From: Cirrosporium novae-zelandiae
Lineage: Eukaryota
Reading direction: 5' to 3'
DNA: 29,753 nt
Assembly: GCA_026023565.1 (NCBI GenBank)
Contig: JAPETS010000053.1
Location: 124,001-153,753, forward strand
The stretch's first letter is position 1. Every line of letters begins with the position of its first letter. Positions 1 through 12,764 of the stretch are shown here, in pieces. The position numbers were made by a program, and so were the translations under genes. The notes beneath the pieces were generated by a model. That model had not been told where the DNA came from and did no database searches. It saw nothing but the letters and a program-made list of their open reading frames with translations.

Positions 1-980
1 CCCTACCCCTACTTTACCCTACCCCCCCCTTATCAAGGAATTTTTAAATTTAAACCAAGTCAAAGTTCAAGTTCAAGTTTTTTTTTTCCTGTAATTATAA
101 GGATGGACCTGCGAGGGGGGAGGGAGGAAGAAGAAGAAGTATATTATATATTATATATATTTTAGGGCAATGAGGAGGAGGAAGGGAAAGAAAGGGAAAT
201 TGTTGATATTGATGTTGATATTGAGTAGTGTGTATGTATGTCTATTCGGACAGTACAAGACAACAACTAGATATCCATGTCTATATCTATATTCTATAGA
301 AGAAAGAAAGAAAGAAAGGGGGGAAAGAAAAGAAAAAAATCTTTTGCTAGAATTTCGATTTTTATATCATCTTATTTAAATGGGGTAGGTATAGTATATA
401 TGCTTACTGTACTGTACCTTCTCATATTTACGAAGTCAATATACCCTAACTTTTAATACTTCAACACATCCCCCCCCCCCTACCGTGAAGCCCTAGCCCT
501 AGTTTCGATTCCAAAGATAATAGGAGAGACCTACACAATATTACGGCCCTTAGAGAAAGTGTAGCCTTATCTTGTAATCATTTATTTGGACCTATTTGTC
601 AATCCATCTACAAAGTAATTATTGCTGATTTAGGATGGTTGGTTGGTTTTGTATACACCAGCTCTCTTCTCATTCCCCCTAGACTACCACTGCAGTCTTA
701 CGATTTCGCGGTCGAGTGGTAGGTAGGTCGGTAGGTAAGTGAGTATGTGACGGCGAAATAATACTAATGATTTGTACTAGCTACCATGTTCTTTTTGATA
801 TGTATGCTATATACTAACGATATATGTACGTGACATATCAATAGCGAAATTGAATCCTATCCAACACCACCGACGCCAACCTTACCAAACCTAACTTAAC
901 ATATGACGCCTCGCTATGCAATCTATCTACCGTATATGCAACATCAGCAAAGGAAGCGACAACAGCCATAAATAAGGCCA

Positions 981-3900
981 TCACCGTCTTCCCCAGATCT
1001 TCCAGCCTCCCTTCTTATCCTTCTGCCTCTCGGCCTCATAATTTTCTTCTTCGACGTGGTGCTTGCCAACGATAGTCAAGAAGACTTGGTCTAACGTCGT
1101 TTGGGCTACCGAATAGTACGCCAGATCCAGGGAATCCTTGTTGTTCTCAAGCAAAGTAAAGAGGGATGCTATGGTAAGGGGTTTCGTGTTGGAGGGTTCG
1201 GAGACCTCTGCAGAAGCCTTGGTATCATTTTCATTATCCTCTACCGAGATTGTGGTAGACGAAATGTCTTTTGTTTTATAGTTGGGTGGGGGGTTCTCTC
1301 CTGCAGGTACGAGGTGATGTGCAGGTACACTGAACCTCATTTGTCCATGCCATGTCTTTTCTTCAACAACTGCACTAGGGAAGTGGTCAATAACCCAGGC
1401 CCGTATCCGTTCCATCTCTTCTTTGTCGGTATGTGGTGCGGTTCGAGTGACGATTTGCACGTGGTAGGTATTCCCATGTTTCTGCCTGAGGTATTCACTG
1501 CTGCCCAAGGCCAACATTCTCCCAGCAATGATGCCTACTCTGTTCGCCAGGGCATCCGCCTCCTCCATCGAATGTGTGGTTAGTACCAGAGAACGGCCGG
1601 GAGCTACAGATGCGAGGGTTTTCCACATTACACGTTTCGAAGCGGCATCCATACCCGAAGACGGTTCGTCGAGGAGGAGAACTGAAGGGTTACCCATGAG
1701 TGCGATGCCCAAAGACAATTTCCGTTTGTTGCCTCCGGACAGTTTTGCGGCCATGCGGTTAGAGAGTGTCTGCAGGCCCACGGCGCGGATGACTTCCTGA
1801 ACATTATGTTCCACATTAGGCACGCCCCGGATTCGAGCATAGAAGCGCAAGTGTTCCAGCACGGTCATTTGATCAATGGCGTCAAATTGTGGGCATACGC
1901 CAAGATGGGCCCTGGCGGCTGCGCGATCCCTATTCATAGCGACATTCTCAACAAAGACCTCGCCGCTACGAGGTTTTATATCACCTCGAATGATACTAAT
2001 GCATGTTGATTTGCCGGCACCGTTTGGTCCGAGCATAGCAAATAGTTGGCCTGGTTTGACATCGAACGAAACATTCTCTAATGCCACGTTTTTGCCAAAA
2101 GTCTTTGTAAGGTGATGCACGCGAAGGCCGTCGTCGGTTGGAGTGCTAACACTCGTAAGATCATTGGAAATCTCTTCATCCACGTGGTCAGCCTCTTCGG
2201 CATCTTTCGAGCGGAACTTGCTACGTTCCCAGAAGGTTATGAATGAACCGCTGTCCCACCATAATAACACTCCAAAAAGGAGAGCTCCCTGAATAATTAA
2301 ATAGAGAATCGGGCCACCGTATAATCTGATGCCGCCTGGATAGGAGGCAACATGTTCATCCCGGCAAAGTATCGAGAACTCATTTAGAGCAACAAAAAGA
2401 GAGCGAAGCAAGTTTCCAGCAGGAGTTATTGTGGCAATAGCAAAATGAGTGATATCGACCATCGAATCGATCTTATTTGTCGGGGCATATGTAAGCACCG
2501 ACAAATATGCAATGAAGTATAACAGAAACATCCCGGCCTGGCCGCCAGCAGAAAAAGCGAATGTCGCCAGCGACGAAGTGGTAAAGAGCGATACAACTAG
2601 AGAATTAACGGTTAGCTTGTCAATATTTCATGCAACCAGTACGGCTATTAGTATTTAAGCACCTTCCACCTTGGCCACTTGAGATACTAAGCGGCTTTCA
2701 AAGCAGAAATATTCACCGTTCATTTGCGGAAACCTTTAAGCAAAGTTGACTTACCATATGAAAATAGCGTAGAGGTGAATCCATAAAGGAAAAAGACCAC
2801 GAAGAGATATTCTGGATGATACCACATGCCTGAAGACGCCGAGTAGATGATAATGGCGAGAACACTAATGGTAATGACAAACATGAAATCAAAGATAATA
2901 TATGCTAACCAAAGAGGGAATGTTCTAACACCGTTGGAGTAGTGGAGGCTGCGAACATTGTGAAGACGCTCAATATTTGGGTATAACCCAAAGAAAGCAG
3001 GATAGGCACACATTGCTAATCCGAAATAGACAATCAGTTGCAAGGTTTTCCCGCTAGACGGGTCCCACGGTATATCAAAGGCTTCGTATTGGTTTTGGAT
3101 GCTAATATTTGTGAGAAGAACATCCATGAAATTTTGCGTGATTGAAGCGTATGACGGGTTATATCCGTTGCCTCTGTAAGCAAATGTGGGGGGTGAGCTA
3201 TCATCCCCTAGGAAGAATCCTCCAGGGGTAATGTTGGCATAACTAGTTGAAATATAATCGTTGAATTCCTGTAGAGTATCAACCATATGAAGTTTACTCC
3301 TCAATGCCGTCATGTTGGTGGTTTCTGAATCAGAACTAGATCCGGACCCGGATCCAGAAATGGAGCTGGTGAAGAGTTCTAGGGCGGTATCCCCCAGCTT
3401 GCTACGAGGTCCAGCCACAACTTTAAAGTCGTAATCGAGAAACGAGGATAACGTGTATGTTTTGCTATATGATATCTGACCTCCCTGGTCAGGAGAGCAT
3501 GTAGCACGCGATACATTCTTTAAAAACAAAGTTGTAAGTCCGGCAGCAATGACAGGTATCACCAGGGCAGCAGCATGTGGCAGGTAGTTACGGCGGATGA
3601 TGGTCAAGCGCTTCTTAAACAAAATCAATGCTTGGAGAGGCATCCCGATTCGTCTGCCAGTCAGAAGTTGGGGGCTCTGGTCGTCACCGTTGACCACAGT
3701 GTCGGAAGACTGCTCATCCACTTCTGATTTTATGGATGCATCGGGGTACTGTTTATCAGCCAGGTTCACTTCTTCGGCTAATTTCAGAAAGACGTCCTCG
3801 ATGGTAGGACCTAATACTTGATAGTCGTGGATGTCGTGATTCTCCAGCCGCTCCATTACTTTCGCAGCTTCTGCTGAATTTGGAACGGTATATACGGTCC

Positions 3901-6197
3901 GGCCGTCGTTCATCTTTTCGGACCTGGCTCCTAAGAGGTCTTGGGATTTCTCAAACATAGTTGGTTTCTCTGAGTTACCGTTGACATATATCCGGTATCC
4001 GCCACCGATATTCTGTTTTAGTTCTGCTGCCGAACCTTCGGCTTTAAGAACACCCCGTGATAAAATCGCAATCCGATCGGAGAGCAAGTCAGCTTCGTCA
4101 AGGAAATGTGTAGTTAGGATGATAGTTCTTTTTCCTCTTTCAGCCAAAAGAATGTCCCAAATCTTCCGTCGAGATAGTGGATCAATACCGGAGCTGACTT
4201 CGTCCACCGCACATGTAGAGCTTCCTCCTGTAAACATCATAGCCAGTTGAAGCTTTCTTTTCTGTCCACCAGATAAAGTCCGTGATTGCGCGTTGAGTTT
4301 TCGGTCTAGGTCACAAGCTGCAACAAGGACTTCAATAGCATCGTCGCTGTCTTTTGACCCTGTTGATTTCAACCGATTGAATATGCGTACATGCTCTTTG
4401 ACAGTAAGTTCGTCCCATAGGACATTCTTTTGTGGACAAAGTCCTAAGCCACCGGTGCTGTTGACTGTAATCGTCCCGGAAGTTACCTTCGTAAGCCCAC
4501 TGATGGCATCGAGGGTTGTACTTTTGCCGGAACCGTTGGCCCCAAGAAGGATTAAAATATTTCCTTGCAAAGCTGTCAAGCTCAAGTTGTCAACAGCAAC
4601 AACATCTTCATGATGGTGACCGAATAAAGGAGATATACGTCGTTGGATCCAATTCGGACGGAAAATCTTGGTGAATCCGCTTAATATCACATCTCGAGAT
4701 ACGCCATTGACTTCACTGTTAGGAGCTAATGTTCTCCCCTCGGATGCAGTTCCGTGTAGTTTTCGCTCAACTAAAGCCCCAAGGAGGGGATAGACTATGA
4801 TATGGATTATCATAAAAATCCAGAGCACTATGCCAGACAAAACCCATGGATTTTCTGGGGCACTTTTAACCAGATTCGTGGCCACATCCTGTCTCTCCCA
4901 TCTGGCCATAAGGATAATGAAGTAGGTATAAGTCATTGGGGGGAAAAAGAGACTTAGGAAAGTAACCACTCCGGTGCCTGACTTTGCAGTAACAACTTGT
5001 GCAAAAACAGCAAGAAGAAGTGATATAATGACAGACACTATACCGCTTAGCTGTGCCTTTCGGAAAAAGGAGCCTAGAAATACAGAAAATGATGACAGCT
5101 GGAGGCCTCCTAGAAAGTTGAACACGAGCAAGACGCCAATGGATGTCTTTTGAAAAACTCCGAGAGATAGAATAATTGCCATGACAATCCATCCAGGAAG
5201 ATACATGATATCAAAAGCTAGATGGTGAGACAATAATCTAATAGCCTGTGGTTCCCAGCGACGAGTATTCGGCATCATGGCATCTATGAGCTGGGCCATG
5301 CCCAGTTCTCTCTCTATTGCAATCATTCCAACCAATTGATAGGCCACGCCAACTATAGCAATGTAGAATGCGACCCCTAGAATATCAATTATGCCGCCCA
5401 TGTATCGAACACGGATCTGAGCCTGTCTCTCCTTTTGGGAAATAGTGGTGTAGGGATAGTCATAAGTAGCGCCGGGCAACGCGGATCCATCAATAGTACT
5501 ATTTAAAGAGGCGATTTCAAAGTCTATGGCGTGCTGAAGAGGAACAACATATATGTCCTGATCATTCTTACTGCTGGTAATATCAATCTTCTCAGCCAAG
5601 GCGCCATCAGCTCGCAGTGTATAATTCCATACGCCTCCAGATCCTTCAGTCGGCGAGGAGTGGAATACTGCAGCTGCGAAGCATGTCGAAACACCTCGAA
5701 TTGAATTGTGACATGTTGTCAAAAGGTCTTCATCCTTCGATACAATCTGGACTGTTTTTCCGTCGGCTCGGATAGGAGCGGCGACATTTTCAATAACCTT
5801 TGCAATATGCCCTCCGGTGTAGCCATTGTTCACAAATACAAGTCTATCTCGCCCACCGCCAGCGTTATTGATCGCATTGGTCAAGGTTCTTATCGCTGAC
5901 CCGTCACCGATTCCATACGTGGATGGAGGTACGAATAGATTCCTGGCATAGGCTCTGGAAGCTAGTTAGTATCTTTAAACCAAGCGGTAAGTAAAGTATT
6001 GCTCTCAAAATATAAATTTGCTTATGGCACGTGAGCATATGGAAATATATACAAAACTAAATTCACACTCACAGGAACCAGATGAATACTATAGGTAGAA
6101 TAAGAGCTCTAGCTGGCGTGGAAATAATATGACGGACAAGAGTAATCAGAATGTCCTTGAGTGCCAGGGTCCAAGTCTGGCGCAAAAAGAGCCTCAT
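981..6197 (-). CDS. ABCA-subfamily full-length ABC transporter (TMD-NBD-TMD-NBD), ~1646 aa. Exons 6197-6073, 5954-2755, 2596-981
   Basis: ORFs 2720..5884 and 981..2531 join in frame across an intron at 2754-2597 (GTAAGT...GCTAAC...TAG). An upstream exon MRLFLRQTWTLALKDILI... joins across an intron at 6072-5955 (GTGAGT...ACTAAC...CAG). NBD1 has GANGSGKST, LSGGQKRKL, VDEVSSGIDP and TTHFLDEAD. NBD2 has GPNGAGKST, LSGGNKRKL, LLDEPSSGMD and TTHSMEEAD. The C-terminal QTTLDQVFL and large exocytoplasmic loops are ABCA hallmarks. Confidence 0.95.
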
Positions 6198-8753
6198 GTT
6201 TGTTTGAGCAGAGTGAGAGGTGAAAGTTCAGAAAATTGGAGTTGCGGAACTGATATCATATTGCTTTAGCCGGAGGAGATACCCCAATAGTTGAGAGGAT
6301 CGAACATGCCAAGAGCGGAGAGGACGAATTTCACCATCATCACTAATACCTGATTCAGATGTCTCTGGCATAAAAAATAGAACATTTCTCTTCTGGCGGC
6401 TACCCTTGGCTTTGTTGATTTCTTTGATCCTTCGTCGGCCGTCTAAAGCCGTTTTCTCCGGGCCAAGCCAGCGATCCTTCGGTACTTTGAATGTTAGCCC
6501 CTTGGAGTCACTGGAGCCTTTCCGGATACAGTTAGCTTTCAACGTCATTCGTGTCAGCATCAGCATGATAGGCTTAGTCAAGTGCAAATATTGTGTGGTA
6601 AAACATTAGTTGACCAGTATTTATCATCATTTCAATTGAGCCTTATCCTGAATTTGTGGAGAAAACAGTGGGGACAAAGGAATAAAAAATCATAAAAAAT
6701 ATACTTGAGTACATAGCACTCGGCCTTCGGCATTCGGCAAGGTAGCAGCGTGACCAGTATGCAAGACGTCTAAATACTAGTTAATAGCTTAGCATTGTAC
6801 AAGACCTCACTCTTCTGCTCATTGATTCCTACACAATGAGCGCTGCCTGGTTAAAGCCCTCAGCCTCTCAGCAATTTATCCTCGAAATGGATGCTATTGT
6901 CATACAATTTAGCTATAATTAATAAATGTCAGGAGATAGCGGTTATCACGGATGTTCACACATCTCTCTAGCATTGACAAAAATATTCAAGTCAGGGGTA
7001 ATTACTAAGCATTGTGGCAGTGTGGCAATATTAATCAAAATCAGAAATTAAGAGAGCAGTTGCAAGTAGATGGATGAATAAGGTATGAACCCTAAGTCCG
7101 AGTTCAAGACGGAGCAACATAGTAATGCGATGCATCTTCACTAGACAAATATCAAGTTAAGGACATCTTCAAGTTATATATATATTTTGCTGCACCTTGA
7201 CTGTTGAACGAGGTTACACAATACACAACTTTTGAGGACTTGGCAGAAAATCATGTAACAGGAACGTGGCATATGCATCAGGACGGAAAGAGGTTCCATT
7301 GAACTCTCTGAACTCTCGCTTGTAAGCTCTGCGGTCCAATCAACAAACCAAAATTCATGTGCGGGAATCCTTGGACTATATCATCGCCACCAGGCCAATA
7401 TCTCCATCCTACCGTTTGTAAATAAACAAACATTGTTCCGAGGCCTAGAAAAATCATGCAGCTCCGGTGCGGTTGCTACCGCTAGATGTCAATATGTTAG
7501 TAGCCTGATCATATCAAATTCACAATGATATTTGTGAGGTATCAATATCTTGGTGACCATAAGCCTTGAATAGGTGCTTGAAATATCACCATCCAGTTGA
7601 AAGCCACGCTGCACTGGCCCTAAATCATCTGACTGTGCTCCAAATAACTCAATAGCATTAACATTGAATTAATTTGTGGTTAAGGATGGCAGAAAAAGCA
7701 TGGAAAAGTCACGGGTCCATAGAATCGATTTTCGGCGTTGTGGCATCAATCCTATTATTGTTCAGTCTAGTAAGTAGCACATTAAATCCTCATGAGGACT
7801 TTGTGTATCTTTCAAATTGCTTTCTGGTAGGTAATAATGTACATCCAGACACGTTATCAGAGGCCGGAAGCATGCGTTTTAAAGGGCTCGATTAGAACGT
7901 GCAAATGATGTACATGCCGAGAAGCTTTTGATGGCTGCTTCGATCCGCAGCTGCTCAAAGCTTTTCAAAAGGTTGGTTAATTATCTGGCCAATTGTCTTG
8001 ATTGATCGGTGAAGAGGTTGGAAAAATGATACACTCGGTTTTGCTGCTTCAGGAACCGAAATGGAAGTGCCAAAATAAGAGCCCGGCGTGCTTGGTTGAG
8101 GCTCCCTCAAGGGTTGTGCCTGTAAAATATTGCCAGACCCATCAAGAATACGACCCGTCTCGTCTCGTCTCGTCTAATAAGCAATTGTAGATAACAGCTC
8201 GGGCCTATATGTGCACTGCAGGTACGAGAACTAAAAAGGCCATCCTTACTTGACTGTGGCGATTTGGTGGTCAGTATTTTATGGAGATGTGAAATTTTCA
8301 TGGGGTTCTCAGCTGGAGATGAAGTTGATTCTGAGCGAGTTTCGTCAACGTTTGCAGTGGTATTGATTCTAGCCAATCAAGTCAATTAAGTTGTACAAAC
8401 AGGCCAATTGGCAAAGAGTGATGTGTTTCGAAATCAGCAGTAAGGCTGATCAGAAATTTAGCGGCAGCGAATCAGGACAATAAACGAACAAGAGATACAA
8501 ACGGCAGGATTACCAGGGTCGGGTCCTCACAGCGTCTAGTTGACGGGCAACGTCAGCTGTCGAGAAATTAAGTACTTGCTTCAGGTTGCAGATTTCGGGA
8601 TTAGGATATTGGTCTCAAAAAGTGATAGATACAACAAACAGAGTATTCCCGAATATTAGACCGGTTCATGTGTAAATTGTGTAAATTGAATTCCTCAAGG
8701 ACCTGTGGATAGGTTCGGTGGAAATGAAGAGGAAGAGGAAGAGAGGAAAAGTT

Positions 8754-8788
8754 GGTGAGTGGGTGAGTGGGTGAGTGGGTGAGTGGGG
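8754..8788 (+). repeat. (GGTGAGTG)4 tandem repeat matching the G-quadruplex consensus
   Basis: Four 8-nt units giving G3-N5-G3-N5-G3-N5-G4 at 8761-8788. Confidence 0.8.
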
Positions 8789-8818
8789 TGAATGTAAAGG
8801 CCGGATCGAGGCGAAGCG

Positions 8819-8885
8819 AGGCACCAGGCACCAGGCACAAGGGTAACAGAACTCTTAAGGTGCCTTAAGGTGCCTTAGGGTGCCT
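8819..8885. promoter_or_regulatory. Cluster of six AGGCAC motifs (3 forward, 3 inverted), candidate TF-binding array
   Basis: AGGCAC at 8819, 8826 and 8833. Its reverse complement GTGCCT at 8860, 8870 and 8880. The function is inferred. Confidence 0.4.
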
Positions 8886-9699
8886 GAACCCTGAAGGTCC
8901 AGGTGTTTAGGTCTTAGGTCACGCTTTGCCGCCAAAACTAAAAGGATCCGGCCCGCCATACCGGCAATCTCCGGCCCAAGTTACTGGCTTCTTCAAGGGG
9001 CTCACGGGGGTTCCTGGGCCCTTTACCTTTGTCCAAGATAAACATTCAGATTGGCTCCTTCAATGTCAACTCCTTGAACATTTGACTATTCGCTTGTTTC
9101 ATATATGTTATCGTTCATATTAAACTATTAACCATTAACCACGTCCTAAGGTTAATAAAACCAACTTCAATCACTTGAGCTAACTTTTAATTGTCCTCAC
9201 CAAGCGCTCATTCGGTACCAAAAAAACCTTTCTGTCACGAATCACCGGCGAATCCCGAAAGGGAAGAATAGTCACAGATGCATCCCCTAGACCATCATGA
9301 AGTCAATGCTGAGATGAAGAAGCTGCAAAAGCGGCATTTATGGATCATCAGCCAGGAAGAGGCAGACCATGTCCTAAAAGTACTAAAATGATGATCCGTA
9401 TTTTGAAACCTTCCCTGTGCTTTTGATATGAGGTAGATCATGGGCTTACCCTATCTAATCCTTCAATCTGCATTATTTCTTTCAAGGAATTTCGTGGCTC
9501 TGTGGCGGCTGGCTGTACATGTTACTCTTAAACATTTACTTTTCTCTTCTACTTCCCTTTCCCTTCCTTACCTCCCCTTCCCTTCTTTTCTGCACTCATT
9601 CATAACACCGTTTGCTAGCAACGTGCATCCTTGACAGTCTTCAGACTCGTCGTCCATTCCTTGAATACCAACTATAACAGACCTCTGGAAGGACCCTGT

Positions 9700-9708
9700 T
9701 ATATAAAA
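9700..9708 (+). promoter_or_regulatory. TATA box of the GH71 gene
   Basis: TATATAAAA about 100 nt upstream of the ATG at 9806. Confidence 0.55.
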
Positions 9709-9805
9709 CCTCATCAATAGAGAATCACGAGATTCCATCTCTCTAACACTCGTTGCCATATCAAGACATACCACCTTCCCACCACATTCCGATTGCTGGA
9801 ACATC

Positions 9806-11132
9806 ATGCAGTACATTCATTTACTCTCTTGCGCTCTGGTAGCAGCAATGAGCATCACTCAAGTCAACGCAAAGGCTGTCTTTGCACATATGATCGTAAG
9901 TCAAAACAGGGTCCACCAAGTTCTTATACTTACCTGCTTCATAGATTGGCAACTGTGCTTCCATGACAGAATCCGATTGGGTAAATGATATTACCCTTGC
10001 GAAAAGTGCCTCGATCGATGGATTTGCCCTCAATATTGGCGACGATGACTACACATCAACCGCCCTTCAAAATGCCTACTCGGCCGCCGCAACTGTTGGC
10101 GGTTTCTCCGTGTTCCTCTCCTTCGACTACGCTGCCTATGCCTGGGATGCCTCTTCGGTGATTGAGACCATCAACACATACAAAAGCTTAGACGCGCAGT
10201 ATTTGGTGAATGGCCAACCTCTCGTTTCGACCTTTGAAGGGACTGATAACCAAGATGACTGGGCAAATATTAAAACTCAGACCGACTGCTTCTTCATGCC
10301 CGACTGGACATCTATTGGAGCTGTAGACTCTTTTCCCCTCACGAAAGTTGATGGTGCGATGTCTTGGGATGCATGGCCAGAGGGTGCAGAAGACAAGACC
10401 ACCGTTTCTGACATTGCTTGGCAAGCAATCCTGGGTTCAAAGCCCTATATGATGCCTGTCTCTCCTTGGTTCTATACCAACCTACCTGCGTATGGCAAGA
10501 ACTTCCTCTGGCGCGGTGATGATCTCTGGCATGAGCGCTGGCAACAGGTCGTCGAGGTATCCCCCGAGTTTGTCGAAATTCTAACCTGGAACGACTTTGG
10601 CGAAAGTCACTATATCGGCCCGATCTATGAGACCGGCATTCCTTCGGGTTCCGAACGCTATGTCAGCTCCATGTCTCACGATGCATGGCGCGAAGCTCTT
10701 CCTTACTACATTGCAGCCTACAAATCTGGCAACAGCACTGTTCCTAACGTCACTGAGGAGAAGATTGTCTACTGGTACCGACCAAACCCTGCGAGCTCTG
10801 GTTCTACGGACGGTACTGTTGGTAACAATCCAGACTATCAACCTACCCTGCCTCCTGCTGAACTCTCCCTTGACAAAATCTTTGTCAACGCCATTGTCTC
10901 TTCTCCGGCATCTGTAAGTGTGCAAATTGGTAGCAACACCGCCACTACTTTAAAAGCCATGACTTCTGGAGTGAACCACTTCAGTGTACCGTTCAATGGT
11001 CAGACTGGCAATGTCACAATCACGATTTCAAGAGACGGACAAACGGTCGCCACCGTTGAAGGTGCCGAGATATCAGACTCCTGCGACGATGGCATTATCA
11101 ACTGGAACGCCATCACAGGTTCATCTTCATAG
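9806..11132 (+). CDS. Secreted glycoside hydrolase family 71 alpha-1,3-glucanase (mutanase/Agn1-like), ~425 aa. Exons 9806-9895, 9945-11132
   Basis: Signal peptide MQYIHLLSCALVAAMSITQVNA is followed by KAVFAHMI|IGN across a 49-nt intron at 9896-9944 (GTAAGT...TAG). GH71 motifs: IDGFALNIG, FLSFDY, PLVSTFEG, FFMPDW, SWDAWP, YMMPVSPWFYTNLP, WRGDDLW, ILTWNDFGESHYIGP, HDAWR, YWYRPNP. Confidence 0.95.
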
Positions 11133-12764
11133 CACGCTCTAACTTCATCTAAAAGGTTACTATGATTGAACCAATATTCTTCATTCAACATCACACTCAT
11201 GTTTGTGTGAATACTGTTTATTTCAAAAAAAATCAGGGGAAGCTTTACATAAAGCCGGACTTTTTTTCAATTCTGAACATTCATTAACTTATCTTAACAT
11301 TCTTTTCATTTTTAAAAACTTTCACGACGATTACGTGCATACGCATTACTGCTCACTGTGCGTGGCTTGGAGAACTGACCTTTTTCTTGCCGCAACTTTT
11401 ATGAAGGGGTGGAATGGATGGATCTGTCCTTGTCTGGCATGCTGTTTCTTACAAAAGTGCTCCGGAGGCTTGTTATGGCATGGGTACAAGCGAATCAATG
11501 TTTTGAGTGAGCAAGCAGGATGGAACACCGGACAAGAGTGTAGGGTGTTTATGGTATGACAGGACCTAGGGGAGGGAATTTCGGGGGTGGTGTTTTTTGC
11601 TGGATACCTTTTGACTTTGGAGGATTTGGGGGGATTCTAGAAGGATTAGGAGATGTTGGAGATAGATGTAGCTGAACGGGATTGGATAGACCAGAAATGA
11701 GAAAATTTCTACCTCGATGACATCCAGGGGTTTGAGTTTGCTTTTAATCATCTAAACCAATATCCGAGAGCAATCTCGTTAACAGAATATTCTATATGGC
11801 TTCTAGATTGGGTATTCGTGCCCTTATTCCCCCACCCGACAAATGGGTCATATGTTTTACGTATCATTAAGAGATATGAGGGCCGGGGTGCCTCGGCTAT
11901 CTAGATACCTAGGTAATTACTAGTATTTAGGCTGGTGGGTGAATAACCTTGCCTACCAGAGTAACTATCTTCTATGACTGTTCTAGGACCGCACGGGCCT
12001 CCTAGGGTCTATGCCCTGTGATGATGGTGGACCATAACAGGAGACCACCATTTACTATATTCAAGTGGCTAGCAACATATAGGAAACTTTCTTACTTATC
12101 CAGCCAGTCAGTCAATCAGTCAATCAACCAGAATGAATCGAGCAAGCGAGTTTCTTCAATTCTTAAAACAAAATGAAGCCTTTTAATATTTATAATTGTA
12201 TTTACATATTTCCCCTTTCCGCACAGCATATATATCTTCTGCTAGCTAAACTGATAAGAAGGAAATAAAAAAAGAAATATGGACATAAACATCATCTTTC
12301 AGCCCTAACCTTCAGGCAGGCCATCTATGGAAATATAGAACACCAAGGCTTGATTGGACCCAAGTCAAACCCCTCCCGATCCGAGACATCCAACCCCACA
12401 GCCTTTGTTGATAGAGGCCATGGTTCAGACTCCAGAAACCAAATGGATAATCATCCGTCAAAGGACGAGCATTGATAGTGCTGCCAAATGTTTTACTTAA
12501 TTGTTGTGTGTGTATGCGTATGCATTGTGTTTAATGTGTGTGTGGGTTTCTGTTTTGCTTAAAGGAAGATGAGATAATTCTGGATGGGTGTCTCTTTCTT
12601 TTTTCTCCGCTCTCTTCAATTTATAATTAGTGAACGAGGCGGTTATTACTTCTCGTCGTTATCATCGTCTTCTTCCATTCCCACCACCGCTACCACCATT
12701 CATAATTTCATCCACCCATCTCAGACACAAAGCAGGCAAAAAAACCTCTCAAACCCTCGTCCCG

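Noticed and set aside
1..30. CCCTA-like repeats resembling a telomere
   Set aside because: Short, degenerate CCCTAC units rather than a tandem (CCCTAA)n array. Similar C-rich low-complexity runs occur throughout the window.
1101..5899. Short ORFs overlapping ABCA (and similar ones inside GH71, the kinase, NOC4 and the bZIP)
   Set aside because: Shadow ORFs on antisense or alternative frames of real genes.
6228..6587. 119-aa minus-strand ORF just upstream of ABCA
   Set aside because: Non-ATG start and no recognisable domain. The ABCA N-terminus is fully explained by the ATG at 6197.
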